A stretch of 63,029 nucleotides of DNA, counting the filler, from Licmophora abbreviata (lineage: Eukaryota), in the NCBI GenBank assembly GCA_900291995.1. It is 11 parts of 11 records of this genome, joined end to end, with 100 filler letters (N's around TTAATTAATTAA, not from the genome) between each part and the next. Parts side by side here need not be neighbours in the genome. Positions count along the whole stretch, not along the records: positions 12,684 to 24,850 come from OLMU01001607.1; positions 24,951 to 32,641 come from OLMU01001608.1; 9 more parts are not named here. The stretch is one strand, 5' to 3'. A model generated the notes under the pieces. It was not told the DNA's origin. It worked only from the letters and a program-made list of their open reading frames with translations, and ran no database searches. The first letter of the stretch is position 1; every line of letters starts with the position of its first letter. This document shows, piece after piece, positions 12,684-25,612 of this stretch. A program made the translations under genes and the position numbers.

Positions 12684-13282
12684 CGATCGCGTAGCTAGGT
12701 AGGCTTCGTTCCAATCGTTTGTGAGAAACAAGCCCCGAGATCCAATCAACTGATCGCATGGCTATGCAAAGAGCTATTGCTACCGATCTGACCGAATGGG
12801 TCCTAGGAGGCATCCGCCCGACAATAGTTTATGGATATGCCTCTTGTGTATACTGTGTTCTTGTGGTGCGTCTCTATTTTCAGCGAGTGGCACTTTGAAC
12901 TTGCCATGCGGTACTATGCCGTTACCGGTACGGACGTGTCAAATGGATGGCTTGACGGCGGGCAGACTTCGTCAGTTCCGAATTGAGCTCTTTACCACAA
13001 ATCACGTAGCATTCTACGGGCGCGATCTTCACTCGAATCGCGCGCACCACCAAAAGTCAAAAGTGGCACACACAAACACTGAAAACCACAATGAGCATCA
13101 TTGCTCTAGTCTCACTGTGCATAAGCGAACGGCATCAAATTTAACGTTGTTGGAAAGGTCGTCTCAGTCTATTGAATGCAAATTTTGGCTCATAGAGTGC
13201 TTTGGATGTAATTGTGTATGCTGGAGGAGAAAAATTTAGTCGATACTGAGAAAATTAGCCGACCTCACCAGCAAGCTCCATT

Positions 13283-16200
13283 ATGTCTGATCCAAGTACT
13301 GCTTTGGCCGTCTCGGTGGATCGATTCGTGTCTGCCAGCAGTGCTGGTGACGCTCGAGACTCGCTCGAGGCACTAGTGGATGGTCTCCAGCAACCACGTC
13401 TTCCGGAAGACGATGAAGAGCCCCTTTGGCATAATCGCGAGCTGCTCGACGCGCTTTTGCACCTCTTGTCCACGGGCCAGCATCCCAAAAATCTCCCGCT
13501 CGAAGAAGAAGGGCCGCCTTTGGTATTGCGATTCTATTCGGCATTAATTCCGAAATCAAAGACAACATCATCGTCGTCCATCATGGTATCCTTGCTGAAT
13601 GAACCATCCCCGGGACGATTGGTCCAATGCGTCTTGGATGTCATTTGCGATACCGACGCCTCGCCCTACACTCGCGTCTTGGCGTTGCAACTCTTGCAGC
13701 AGTGCGGTACGCACGCACCTTCTCTTACCCAGTCCCAGTTATTAGAAGCGCCGAATGGACTCCATCGCTTGGCCGACGTCTTGCGAGATGAGAATGTCCC
13801 CGAACAGGTCCGGAATGAGTGGATCCTGGTGGCGCAGGAAACCATTGCGCAGTGGCCTAGCTGTGCCAAGGTCTGGATGTTTGCGGAACTACCGGACACA
13901 TTGCTATTGCTAGTAAAGCGAGAAGGGGGCTTGGAGGGTGGTAATGTCATTGTACTGGATGCCTTGAAATTGCTCGAGACGCTGGTACGGACAGACGCTT
14001 CGCTTGCAGACTTGCTGTGGCAGTCACCGATTGTCGCACCACAGTTGGCGGCTCTATTGGATCTACGCCAAGGCACGGAATTCCGCAATCCTCAATCGCC
14101 AAGGAACACCTCTCTGAGCACGACCAAGCAGGAAGAAAGCGACGACTTGGATGACATTTTGGCAAGCGCAAGTACCAAACAGGGACTGGACGATAAATCG
14201 CCCGAAGTCGTATTGCCTCACTTGACAGGAGGCGAAGAAGAGGTGTTGCGCACAGTTACAAGCATCGTTGGCCTTCTACTGTCCAATGAAGGGACCAAGA
14301 CGTCTGTCTTTAAACAGCACTCGCCTCTCGGCTCGCTATTGTGGGAACTGGCGCTTATCATGCCGCCTCCACCGGACGCCCAGCCTGCCTGTGCCTTGCC
14401 CTCTCCTCCGCTACAACAAGCAGCACTCGAGGCCATTGCTGTCCATTGGAACGATGCGGTCACAATGGAGCGCCACAATGGAATGGATCGACTTTTGTAT
14501 TTGGTGTGCACCGGGGGGAACGGAACGTGGGACGAACAGCTGGGTCTTTCTCAGGCGGCACTGCATGTCCTTCGTCGGACAGTATCGGCGGAAACAGCTT
14601 CAGAAGTCGTCATACACACGCTTGCGCCGCCCATGGAGGGTGATCCTACAACAACCGTGCTTCAGAAGCTTCTCAATACAGTTCTGGAGAATGTCGATAT
14701 TACCGAGGAAGCAGCAGAGTCTGATCCCAGACGCCGTCGCATGTTTCTTCTTGGTTCGTTGGGAGCGATTGGTATCTTGATGGACTCTTCCGCCACATCA
14801 CGCGAGGTCCTCTTGCGCATCACGTCTTCTACAGATCTCGTTGATGCCCTGTTGATGTTCCTAGAAAACTCACAGGACGATGTAGCTCGTCTTGCGATAC
14901 TTCGTTTTCTTGGCGCATGGATGGTGGAAACTTCGTCCGTCGTGCAGGCCGTCTTGTCGTCCCATGCCAGCACTACTACGTTGAGTGCACTTTGGGGGTC
15001 CTCCAGTATGTCTATCTCAGTCATGACGGGTTTTGTACTCGGACTTGCAATGGAATATATGAATGAAGAGCAAGAAGACACGTACGGGGGATGGACTCGA
15101 CAAAGCATTCTGGGACTCATCTCTAAACGAGGTGTTAGTCAGTACACAGCCGGACTTGAGAAGCTCAAAGCAATGGAGGTCCCATGGACTGTTTGTAAAT
15201 TGGAATGGGACGTATTCTGGGACTGGTACATGTCCCAGGTTCGTGTGATTCGACGTCGTGTTGTGAAAGAGTTGACGGCAGGATCCGATGACGCAGAAGA
15301 CGCTTCCGGCGCAGAAGAAGAAGAAGAGGACGAGGGAGTAGTTTCTACTCTATTGAAGAGCAGTAAAGCTGCAGTCAAAACTTTGAACAGACTTGTCGCG
15401 CAGCAAGCGGAGGAACTGGATGAGTTAAGGTCCTCTCTATCTGGATCGAACGAGGCTCTGCAAGCTTGCGAGAAAGAGCGGGACATCTGGAAGCGGCGGG
15501 CGGAAAGTAACCCCACAAAGCTGGATGAAATGCTCACTGAGCTCACTGAACGGAGTAGCGAGCAGGCACGGATGATTACGTCTTTGCAGAAAGAACTCGA
15601 GGGAGCCAAAGAGAATTTAGATCTATCGCTAAAGCAGAAAGAGGAGACTCGTTTGGAGCTCGAACACGAGCTAGCTACATGGCAGGATCGTGAGCGGGAG
15701 ACACGCGAAGATCGAGACTCCATGCGTGGCGAGTTGGAGGGATTAAGTTCAGCGTACGCAACCCTCGAAGCTGAATACAATCGCCAGTCTGCATCATCCA
15801 GCATGGAAACTGCGAGATCAAGCTCTCAAACTGTCGACGTACTCCCGTACCAACAGCCGGAAGGGGAAGTTTCGCAGCAGCACCAGGTTTCACCTGACGA
15901 GTTGGACGAGCTCCGCGTTGAGAATGCGCGCTTGAGATCTGACGCTCGAGCTGCCGACGAGTGGATGGCTATGGCGGTACAGCGGATGAACGACATTGGG
16001 GGACAGAACGTTTCACTCCAGCGTGAGGTAACATCGCTGACACAAAAGCTGGCTACTGTGTCCACGGAGATGGATTATTCTTCCCAAGCGGACGATTCTA
16101 CATTGGTCGCCGCTCATGAAGATGTGCGAGTAGAAGAAAGCCGATTGCAATTGGAACAGCGCGTGGAAGCTCTCGAGAGTGAGAAGATTGCGCTCAAGCA

Positions 16201-19200
16201 AGATTTGTCTCGTTTCATGAACGATCAGCCAACTAACTCACACGTTCCGCACGACAGCGTCGATAAGGAGGAGCTCTCTGAAGTGCGGATGCAATGTGAA
16301 ACACTTGAGAGACAGCTGGAGAACGCACAATCGGACGTCAAGACAGCCATGGATTCTCTAGGGGCAGCAAAATCCGAACGGGAGGAGCTAAAGCGGATGT
16401 TGGGCAACATGGAGCAAGATCTGAATGTCGCACGAGCTGAATTGATCTCTCTCACCGAGGAGCGACGACAAGCGGAATCCCACCAGAAGAGGGATGCTCA
16501 TTCGTTGGAAGTTGAGCTTGCTGCTCTGAAACATGAAAGTGAATCGTTGCAAACGTCTTCTGCTCGTGAAATTGAAAGGTTGAGAGCGTCTATCGATTCG
16601 AAGGATCAGGAGCAGGTGGTGCTCCGCAGCGAGTTTGCGGAGCTATCTGAGCAATTGCAAGAGCTTGCGATGACTCGCCAGGAGCTTTCCGAGACTCGTC
16701 GAGCCACGACCCTCGAGCTGGAATCGAAGAACAAAGAAATTGCTTCTCTCCGCGAGAGAACCGAGTCGCTGCAATATGAACTGGAAGCGTTGAGAACAGA
16801 AGCTGAGACTGCAAAACAGCAATATCAGACTGAGCTACATTCACGTTCCTCTGTGCCTCCGCAGCAGGCGGAGCCGGAGCCTGCTCCATCAGATGTCACC
16901 GGGTTCTTCGGGTCTGAAACTAGAGCGGTAGAAGCTGTTTCCTCCGATGCCGCTGGCTTTTTCGGAGGTCAGGCTGATCCAAGTGTTCAGGATCCGCGAG
17001 ACGTCGAGCTAGCAAGGCTCAGGTCCGATAATGAAGCAGCTCAAGAATGGATGGGCAAGGCAGTGGAGCACCATCAGATGCTATCGGAGCAAGTTGCCGC
17101 ACTGACGTCCGACAAGGTATCTCTAGCCAACGAAATCCAAGAGATTCGAAGCGGGTCAATGCCACAGGCTAAGGAATCTCAAGTGTTGTTCCTGGAGAGT
17201 GAATTGAAGGCAGCCGAGACCAAGATTGAGGAAGCTTTGAAGGAAACTCAAAATATGACCGAGAAATGCAGCTCACTGCAAGGAGAAGTTGATCAAAGAG
17301 ACCACCAAATCTCCGAGCTAGCAGCCACCGTTCAGAGTATGCGATTGCTTGAGAAGGAACTGATTCAGTCTCGATCGTCTTCGACGGCTGATGCTGAATT
17401 GATGGAGGCAAAGCTCTCAGAAATAGATTCCCTTCGAGCCACATTGGCGGAAGCCGCATCAACTAGCAAACAGGCGCTGGAAAGCTTGCAGCATGAGCTC
17501 ACATTATCCAGAACAAAAAACGAGCACCTTGATGAGAAATATAGGCGGGAACAAGAGACTGTCGATGAGCTGAAAACGCGGTTGCAGGAAGTGTCAACAG
17601 TTCTAGGTAATGAGAAACAATCGTTCGAACAGCAGATCGCTGGACAGGCGACTTTATTGGAGGAGGCAAAGCATGACATCGAGGCGAAGGCGGAAGAGCT
17701 TTCCCTACTGAGGGAAGAAAGCGAGAGTCGGGAGCTTATACAGACCGAATTGTCTCTTCGAGCAGAGAAAGCGGAGAACGAATCGAGTCGGTTGCAGCAA
17801 CAACTTGAGATCTTACAGAAGGAAGTCGATCACTTGAAAAATGAGCTCAGCGTGGCTCCCTCTACGGCGCAGATTGACGCGGAACTGAACGAGAAGCATT
17901 CCGCCTTACAAGTGGCCGAGAACGAGATTCTTCAACTTCGTACGGACCTGCAAGACGTTCAGAATCAGAGCGAAGAAGTCGTCAATCAATGGAGCGGTAA
18001 GTGCATCTTTTTCAGTTGAAGGGCTCTAGTTTTGCCTCCGCTGAATCTCACACGGTACGTCTTTCATTATAGAGAGGGTATCGGAACTTGAGTCAACCGT
18101 TTCAGAACTCGAGAATGCTCTTCAGACGCAGCAAACCGAAGCTTCGGATGCGATCTCGCAGTGGAGCTCGCGTTGTTCCGACCTCGAGTCGCAAGTGTCT
18201 CAGCTGGAAAGCGAGCTGAGTGAGGCAAAAGCTGAACTCTCCAATAGTGCCAATTCATCTGAACTGGAGTCGACTGTCTGTCAGCTCAAGAGTGATCTTC
18301 AAGCGCAGCAGGCCGAAGCCTCGGACGCAATCCTTCAGTGGAGTGCGCGTTGCTCTGACTTTCAATCGAAGCTTTCTCTGATTGAAAGCCAACTAAGCGA
18401 GGTCACACGCGAAAACACCAAGTTGACTGACCAGGTGGAAGAATGTAATCGTTCCGAATCAACGCTTCGCGAAGAGATCGACGCGTTGCAGATCGCACTA
18501 GCAGAGGCCAAGGATCTCACGGCCACGGAAAGATCAGTGGCGCAGTCGAGGGAAGAGAAATTGATGTCAGAGATCGAGGAATCAAAGAACAGAGGCAACG
18601 CTTCCGCGGAACTAGCAAGTGAAATGACGGCGCGCCATGCCGCCATTGAAGAGGAATGGACTGGTAAGCTTGCCTTTTGCAATCCTGTATCTGGTTATCG
18701 ATGATTTGTCTTTCTTAGCTTTGCATTCATTGGTTTGCTACAGCTCGCGAGTCTCAGTTGCAATCTGTCATCGATGAACTAGAGACATCACTTCAAGAGA
18801 GGCAGGACGCAGCGACAGAGGCTGTGTCCCAGTGGGAAGCGCAATACACGGTAGTCGAAGAGAGAAACACCTATCTGGAAAAGGAGCTACAGCATGCGAA
18901 TCACGAACGAAACAAAGCCTCCAATGATTTGAAAGCAGAGCATGTGAGTGCAAGTCTTATGTGATTTTGCCGCGTTTCGTAGTAGGGTTTCTCAATAGCA
19001 AACTCACTTTCGCCTTTCGCTTAGGACGCTTTACGTGAGGAGTTCGTGCAGGTGGAGGCTGACAAAAGCCGACTACAGGAAGCGTTGACACTGTTAGATG
19101 GCCAGGTTGAGGACATGAGAGAGCAGTCCGAGGAGGTCGTTGAGCAGTGGAAAGGTGTGTAATACAATCGCTGTGGAAATGAGTAGCAATAAAAGCATCT

Positions 19201-21708
19201 CACCTGAGACCTCTATACTACGTCGCAGAGCGGGTGACTGAGCTTGAGGGCGCGTCAGAGGAGCTTGAAGAGATTCTAGAACTACAGCGGCAGCAAGCAA
19301 CCGACGCAATCTCCCAATGGGAGTCACGTTGCACAGCCCTGGAACAAAAAGCTTCGAATTTGGAGGCTGAACTTGAGACTTCAAAGATTGACTTTATCTC
19401 ATCCTTGCAAACGACCTTGGAAACAAAAGAGAACCTGCTTGTGTCATCTGAGAAGCCAGTCTCTCGCAGAAGCAGCGACGCTCGTTTCGTAGACGGTGGG
19501 AACACCGCTAAAGCGATCGATTCCCTGAAAGAGCAGCTTAGCGAGACTGATGAGATTCTTGCCGACGCCGTTGAAAGCCTCGTTACGGAACGATCGTCGT
19601 GGCGGGCCGACTATGAAGAGCTACAGGAACGCAGAAATGAAGTTTCGGAGCTCCGGGAGCTTCTTGCGGCTGCCAATGCGCACGGCACAGATCCCAGACC
19701 TGTTGCACATGGCGACCGGTCAAGCATCGACGAGCTCGAAGAGCGGCTAAAGGAGGAGAGTGAAAAAAGGGTCGATCTGATAGCGCTACTCGAGCAGGAA
19801 CGGGAAGTGTCGGCGACACTGGAAGCGGAACTACTCAGTGTTCGCGAACAGTCCGACGCGGCATCACACTTGCTTGCCGAACGCTTTGCACCAAGAACAG
19901 CCGAGGAGGACATTTCCATCGTACAGCAGAATCTTATGGCTAGTGAGCAAGAAGTGAAGAACCTCAAGCGTCAGTTGCAGAACGCGCAACTCGAACGGAG
20001 TCGGCTGGACGAAACCCTTGAGGCAGAACGCCTTCACGAAAAGGAAGGCGAATCGAAACTGACACACGAGCGAGATTCTCTTGTGGAAGAGAGGATGGCA
20101 CTTCTCCAGGAACGCGATGATCTGAGGGCCAATGTACTGCAACTCGAAGAGGAGCTCCGAGAGGCCAATGATACGCTCCAAGCATGTGTTACGGACGAAG
20201 CATCCGAAATGGCAGCCGAAAAATTTACTTCCGAATTGCGCCGTCAGTTGGAGGACCTTCAGTCGCAAATGCACCGCGACCGCGATGTCCTTGCCGCTGG
20301 GGATCAAGCACGATTGGCGGCTGAGGCAGACGTCAGTCGACTGAAAGCAGACCTTGCTCTTGTCTTACGTACAGACGATGTTTCGGAAGAGCTCAAGAGG
20401 CTGGCCCTGAAGGTTTCCGATAAGGTTCAGAATCGGGAGCGCCAGGAAATTATCGATCTTCGCAAAGCTCTGGAGCGAGCCTTGCTAGAACTTGAATCCG
20501 TGAGGGCAGCGAAGAGCAGTGCGATCGAACGCGCCGAAGCATCACGACTGCAGGCATCCGTCAGCGAACAGGAAATGGCGGCGGCCAGGTCCGACCTCAC
20601 TTTCTTAACACAGACAATGGAAGATATTCGTGAAGCTGAGGCGACACGGAAAGCGGCTCTGGAATATCGCATTAGTGCTCTGGAGGACGATCGTGAACTG
20701 CTTCGACGATTGCATGCTGACGAGTTAGAGAATACGCGGAATGAGTTGTCGCACGTGAGCATGGAGAAGGACAGGATCCTCCACTCCCTCAAGGAAAGCG
20801 AAAAGAAGAACGCCGCCCTGCTATACTCCACAACAAAGGAACACCGCGACGATGGTGCGACAGGAGGTTCGGCGGAGGCAGAGCTGGTGAGACTCCGCCT
20901 AGAGAGAGCCGAGCTTCTAACTGCCATTGCCGACGAAGGGTCGCGGGCAGAGCGCAGAATTCGGGAAGCTGTGGCCGCTCGCGCGTCATCCATGGAAGCC
21001 GACGTCATTCTGGAACGAGAACTTCGAGTCTCTGCTGAAAGCGCAGTGGAAGACCTGAAAACGCAGCTCCAAGGGCTCGAAGAGCAGCTCGCCGAACAGT
21101 CCGAGACCCGCGTTGAGTCTGAATCGACTAAGTTTGCTTCAGAGAAGCTTCGTGGAGACCTCAAGCGGTACCAAGACGACAACAAGACGCTTTCTGCCGA
21201 GAACGACAGCCTCCGGAATCAGTTGGACAAGTCTAGATCGGAATCAAGAGTCCGCACCGCTGAGTTGACGGAAAAGCTCCGCACCGTTCAGGTCAAGGCC
21301 CAACGTCTGCAACGAGAAGGCCGTTTCGCTGCTGAGGTGAAGGCAGAAATTACGAAACTTCGCAACAGTGAGTCCAAGAACGAAGACAGTTCCGCAAACT
21401 GGTACTTGTCCACTACCACAAACCCTGAGCATATACACGACGATGATCCTTGCGGTCCGGTGGATACGTTCGAGTACGTTCAAAAGCAAAAGATTGCCAT
21501 TCAGGAAGAGCGCGCCATGTATCTCGAATTGCTGGCAGAGCACGATGATCTTTTGGCACTACTCGCTCAACAAGATCTCGAAAAGGCTTCACTTGAGTCG
21601 GCTCTGAGCCGTGCCGCGGGCACCGGCGCAGTCCAAGCTGCCATTCACGAGGCAGAAGAGAACGCCGTCAAGCAGTTTGGAAAATACGTAAGGCTCGCTG
21701 CAGACTAA
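13283..21708 (+). CDS. USO1: Uso1/p115-like Golgi vesicle-tethering protein (armadillo head + very long coiled coil)
   Basis: Exons 13283-17996, 18073-18663, 18744-18943, 19025-19154 and 19229-21708. Head motif LLEAPNGLHRLADVL..VRNE; C-terminal EHDDLLALLAQQD matches the p115 C-terminal motif. Confidence 0.8.
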
Positions 21709-22036
21709 GTAACTTGGAAGAGATTTAGAAAGTACCCTTTAGATCGATAGTTATCGTAATCTCCGTAATCATCTGTCTAAGCTAGTTTCGGTAGACACAC
21801 GCACACTATAACTCGTGACCCGACTCACAGATAGCATTCTTCGATCGAGCGGTTCGCATTCGTCACAGAACCCGAACCATGATAATCACACATTCACATA
21901 CTTCAAAGTTACGAAAGGTCATAAAAGATTCACTCATTACATTTGGCCTTCGCATTTCGGTCCTATCATTCATCCAAGACCATATCGCAGTCAAGTTCAA
22001 GCAGATTATATAGCATCAGCACATCGTTAGATCATC

Positions 22037-22969
22037 ATGTCTTCACTCGAAACTCTTTCGCACTCCAAGAGCGGTGCCTCGGTCAAGATTCACCCCTACG
22101 GCGCCACCCTCGTGTCTTTCGTGGACGGCTCTGGTCGAGAGAATCTTTTCCTCTCCAACGACGCAGTCATGGACGGCTCCAAGGCCATTCGCGGTGGAAT
22201 TCCGCTTGTCTTTCCCCAGTTTGGGCCTTCCGAGGGCAAAAGCACCATGCCCCAGCATGGCTTTGCACGATGCAACACGTGGACGATGAAGCCCGGCAGC
22301 AAGTACGATCACGACCAGGTCGCCGGCATTTCCTACACGCTGTCGCTCCAGGATGTGACTGCAGGCCGCGGTAGTGAGAACCCCTGGAGCGCCGAGCAAG
22401 CCTCCGTCGATGGGACGGACTGTTTGCTGCAGTACGATATCGTCTTGAGCGGAACCTCCCTAACGACCACGCTCAGCGTCGAAAACACTGGCTCCGATTC
22501 CTTCAATCTCCAACTGTTGCAGCATACCTATCTCAAGGTCGATGGCAGTGCGGCACTCGATGCCTCTCAGTGCTTTGTGGAGCACCTTGATAATTTCAGT
22601 ATTATTGACAAGATTCACCCCGACCGTTCGGGCAGCCTCTGCAACGATCCCGTCACCTTGGCCCCGACGGAGGCTACCGACAAGGTCTTTCTGCACCCCG
22701 AATCGGATCATGTCGTCTTGAAGGTCTTGGTTGGAGTCGGAAACTCAAAAAAGATCACCATGGAAGCAGCTGCCATGATTGATGAGTCGCCTGTGCCGGT
22801 CAGCTGTGTCGTCTGGAACCCAAACAAGGATAAAGCAGCGGCTATGAGTGACTTTCACAACGATGGATACCATGACATGATCTGTGTCGAGCCGGGCATG
22901 ATTGGCCATCAACCGCTCCTTGCGCCGGGCAAGAAGGCACAGCTGACGCAGATTCTATTGACGGACTGA
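22037..22969 (+). CDS. Glucose-6-phosphate 1-epimerase (aldose 1-epimerase family)
   Basis: AIRGGIPLVFPQFG, QHGFAR, HTY, VWNP and MICVEPG motifs. Confidence 0.92.
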   Translation: MSSLETLSHSKSGASVKIHPYGATLVSFVDGSGRENLFLSNDAVMDGSKAIRGGIPLVFPQFGPSEGKSTMPQHGFARCNTWTMKPGSKYDHDQVAGISYTLSLQDVTAGRGSENPWSAEQASVDGTDCLLQYDIVLSGTSLTTTLSVENTGSDSFNLQLLQHTYLKVDGSAALDASQCFVEHLDNFSIIDKIHPDRSGSLCNDPVTLAPTEATDKVFLHPESDHVVLKVLVGVGNSKKITMEAAAMIDESPVPVSCVVWNPNKDKAAAMSDFHNDGYHDMICVEPGMIGHQPLLAPGKKAQLTQILLTD

Positions 22970-23132
22970 GTGGGACGTGAGTGAGATCCTGCTTGGGAAA
23001 GACACGAGAGAAGTATCATATCTAGCTATAAGGCTCAACCGAGCCAATGCATGTTCTCTAGCTCATATGAAGATGACATTTCAAATTGTATATTCAGAGT
23101 GTACAAGAGGAGCTATCTCACCAGCTCAAAAA

Positions 23133-25291
23133 TCAAGTCAGTGTTCCACAAAAATTGCTCTCGTCACTCGTATGACTGGTATTAGAGGAGGCAAGTCCCT
23201 GGTTCAGCGCTCGCGGATAGTACTTTTTCAACATAAACTCGAACTCCTCCAGACCGATCGTACCGTTCCGATCCTGATCGAGCTCTTGTATCAATGCACC
23301 AATCTCATCTACGGTAAAGCCCAACTGCAATGCATCCACCCCGTTCTTGAATTCACTCAATGAGATTTGTCCGTCGCCGTTGATATCAAAAAGCTGAAAC
23401 AAGTCTGTCGCTTGCTCCTTCAACGTCGCCTGATGAGAGGAATACCAGTCCAGTAGGTCTTGTCGAGTCACATGGCCGTTGCCTCGGGTATCGAGTGCTG
23501 CAATCATTCTTTCCCGACTCTCACGCGTCGTACAAAGTCCCAATCGCGTAAAGAAGGCGTCTAGATCCGCATGCGCAATGGACCCACCCGTTGATAGGCT
23601 CTTATGGATTCGGGCAGCATCGTTGAGCTCGCTGTTGTTTCGATATGTTTCATCGTTTGATGCGACGTTGCTGCAGTCGTCCATTCCTGTGGCCGACGAT
23701 AAGGCATGGCGACGCATGGCGCAGAGAAATAAAAGAGCGCCCATGGCTTGACGAGTCTTCATTTCGCGAAGTACGTCCGCAATCACATGCAGCTTCCGAT
23801 TGGGGCCAAGCGACAGGCATTGCGTGAGAGTAGCAACCAGTCGTTTCTTGTTGTAAGTAATGCCCAATACCGGTAACAAGGCAAGTAAGAAGTAGATCAC
23901 AGACTCGATAGGCTTGCTTTGTTGGAGAATGACCGGAAAGTAGGCGAGAGCGAGGCAAGCCACATAGGCACCGGTAAATATCAGGTTGAGTTGCAATAAC
24001 AACAAATAGGCATGACGGCCACGCCAGTCCATCCAGTTGAGTATCTGCTCTCCAAAATTCCGGATACACGCGCTCCACGTGTGATGCTGGACACTTCTTT
24101 TGTCTTGCTCCAAAGTGCACCACTGCGGGATCTCATCTGGGTCTGGTTCATCGCTCAGCAGGGCTGATATGTTCACCGTTGCCATCGTCATCTGGAGAGA
24201 CGACGAGGACGATGCTCCTTGATTTGACATCATGGAAAGTAACCGCCTCGGTAGATAGCTGTCTCGCACATCATTCAAATATCGCTCAAAGAATACATTG
24301 AAGAGGAACACTGCCCATCCGATCACTGCCCAAACCCAGGCAAGGTAGCTCCAATGATTCCGGAACAAAAGTCCCAGCATGTACAGGAGACCAGCCCCAA
24401 CAGCACAACATACCCATGCCGCACTCTCAACTTCCACCAGGTGTGTTAGCAGATTGACCTGCCTCAATCCCAAGTATCTTCCAAAGTGAAAATCCGAAGC
24501 AAGTCGACGATCCATCGGCATGGGTTCGTGCGGGTACTGCGACGTCCGCTCCATGAGAAATTCAGCTCGCAAGGAATCAAACATAATTTGATCACGCTCA
24601 CGTTCGTCGTGCGGATCGTAGAGCTGTGGCAGCAACCACGTGTACCACGCAGACTTTTGCAACTGCACCAACGCTTCTCGTTCCTTCGACGACAAGGCCG
24701 CCGGAACACTGCTTCGTCTCCTCATCACGGCCTTGGAATCTTGCTTTTTCTCCTGGTCAAGACAACGCTGCTCCATAGCAATCCAGTTTTTTTCGTCTCA
24801 CTGGCAGCTCCCATGAGCACCCAAACTTGGATGACGAAGAAGACCATGACNNNNNNNNNNNNNNNNNNNNNNNNNNNNNNNNNNNNNNNNNNNNTTAATT
24901 AATTAANNNNNNNNNNNNNNNNNNNNNNNNNNNNNNNNNNNNNNNNNNNNAGTCCGTAGTGTACATATTCCAGATAGTGTTCGAACTTTTCTTCTTGTAT
25001 ACCGTGCGCCAGTATTTCCAGTGCGGGAGACAAGAGGAATATAATCATGGCGAGAAAGCCCAGCACGGTCAATTCTCCAAAGATCCGCTGGACTATAATG
25101 TGTTTCTCAGGAGGCACACTGCGCTCCACATGATTCTTGCCCGCTTCAAACAAGATTGTCAAGGCAATGAGCACCAGCACAATGAGGGCAATAACAGTCA
25201 AGTCCGTCTCGGTAAAGCTGGTGTGATCCTCACCGCCATCGCTGCTATGGTCATAGCCACTCCCTCCCAAGCGGCGGGCCATGATCATCAC
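23133..25291 (-). CDS. MLO-like multi-pass membrane protein with C-terminal EF-hand (calmodulin-like) domain; interrupted by gap and a probable homopolymer frameshift
   Basis: IFGELTVLGFL, EYVHYG and DFHFGRYL..LVEVESAAW resemble MLO motifs. EF loops DTRGNGHVTRQD, DINGDGQISLSE and DQDRNGTIGLEE. Coding sequence continues across gap 24851-24950; A7 run at 24787-24793 shifts frame. Confidence 0.7.
24851..24950. other. Artificial scaffold gap spacer (inside a gene)
   Basis: N44-TTAATTAATTAA-N44. Confidence 0.98.
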
Positions 25292-25612
25292 TGTCTGAAG
25301 GAGGGACTATCGCGGTGCACATTCGTTGATTCGATTCACATGGTGGAATGCTAGTTTGAAGTTTTGGCGATGCGGAGGTTGATCAAGAATAAATGAGTCG
25401 GGTCACTAATATTTCAGTCGTGGAGCGCCGTGGCTCGTGACTCGACGCTACCTACGAACTTCCAAAAGATTTTTGGGAAGTCAATTTGCGCTGCGTCCCC
25501 ACAGTTTTCACATTGATTGTGATGCAGTTAGGAAGGTCTGTTGCTCTCTTTCTTTGATCCATCTTCTAGCTCTTTCTCTCTTTGTGAATGCCCATAGAAG
25601 AGTCATTAGACC

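Noticed and set aside
1131..13013. Shared ATCACGTAGCATT at 1131 and 13001 (and CACGTA cores elsewhere) as a bZIP-type promoter element
   Set aside because: A shared 13-mer and several 6-mers are expected by chance in this much sequence; not supportable without genome-wide enrichment.
13666..21607. Numerous long antisense or alternate-frame ORFs (also over 7001-7681, 29493-30173, 51085-51852)
   Set aside because: Shadows of real genes caused by codon bias; no independent motifs.
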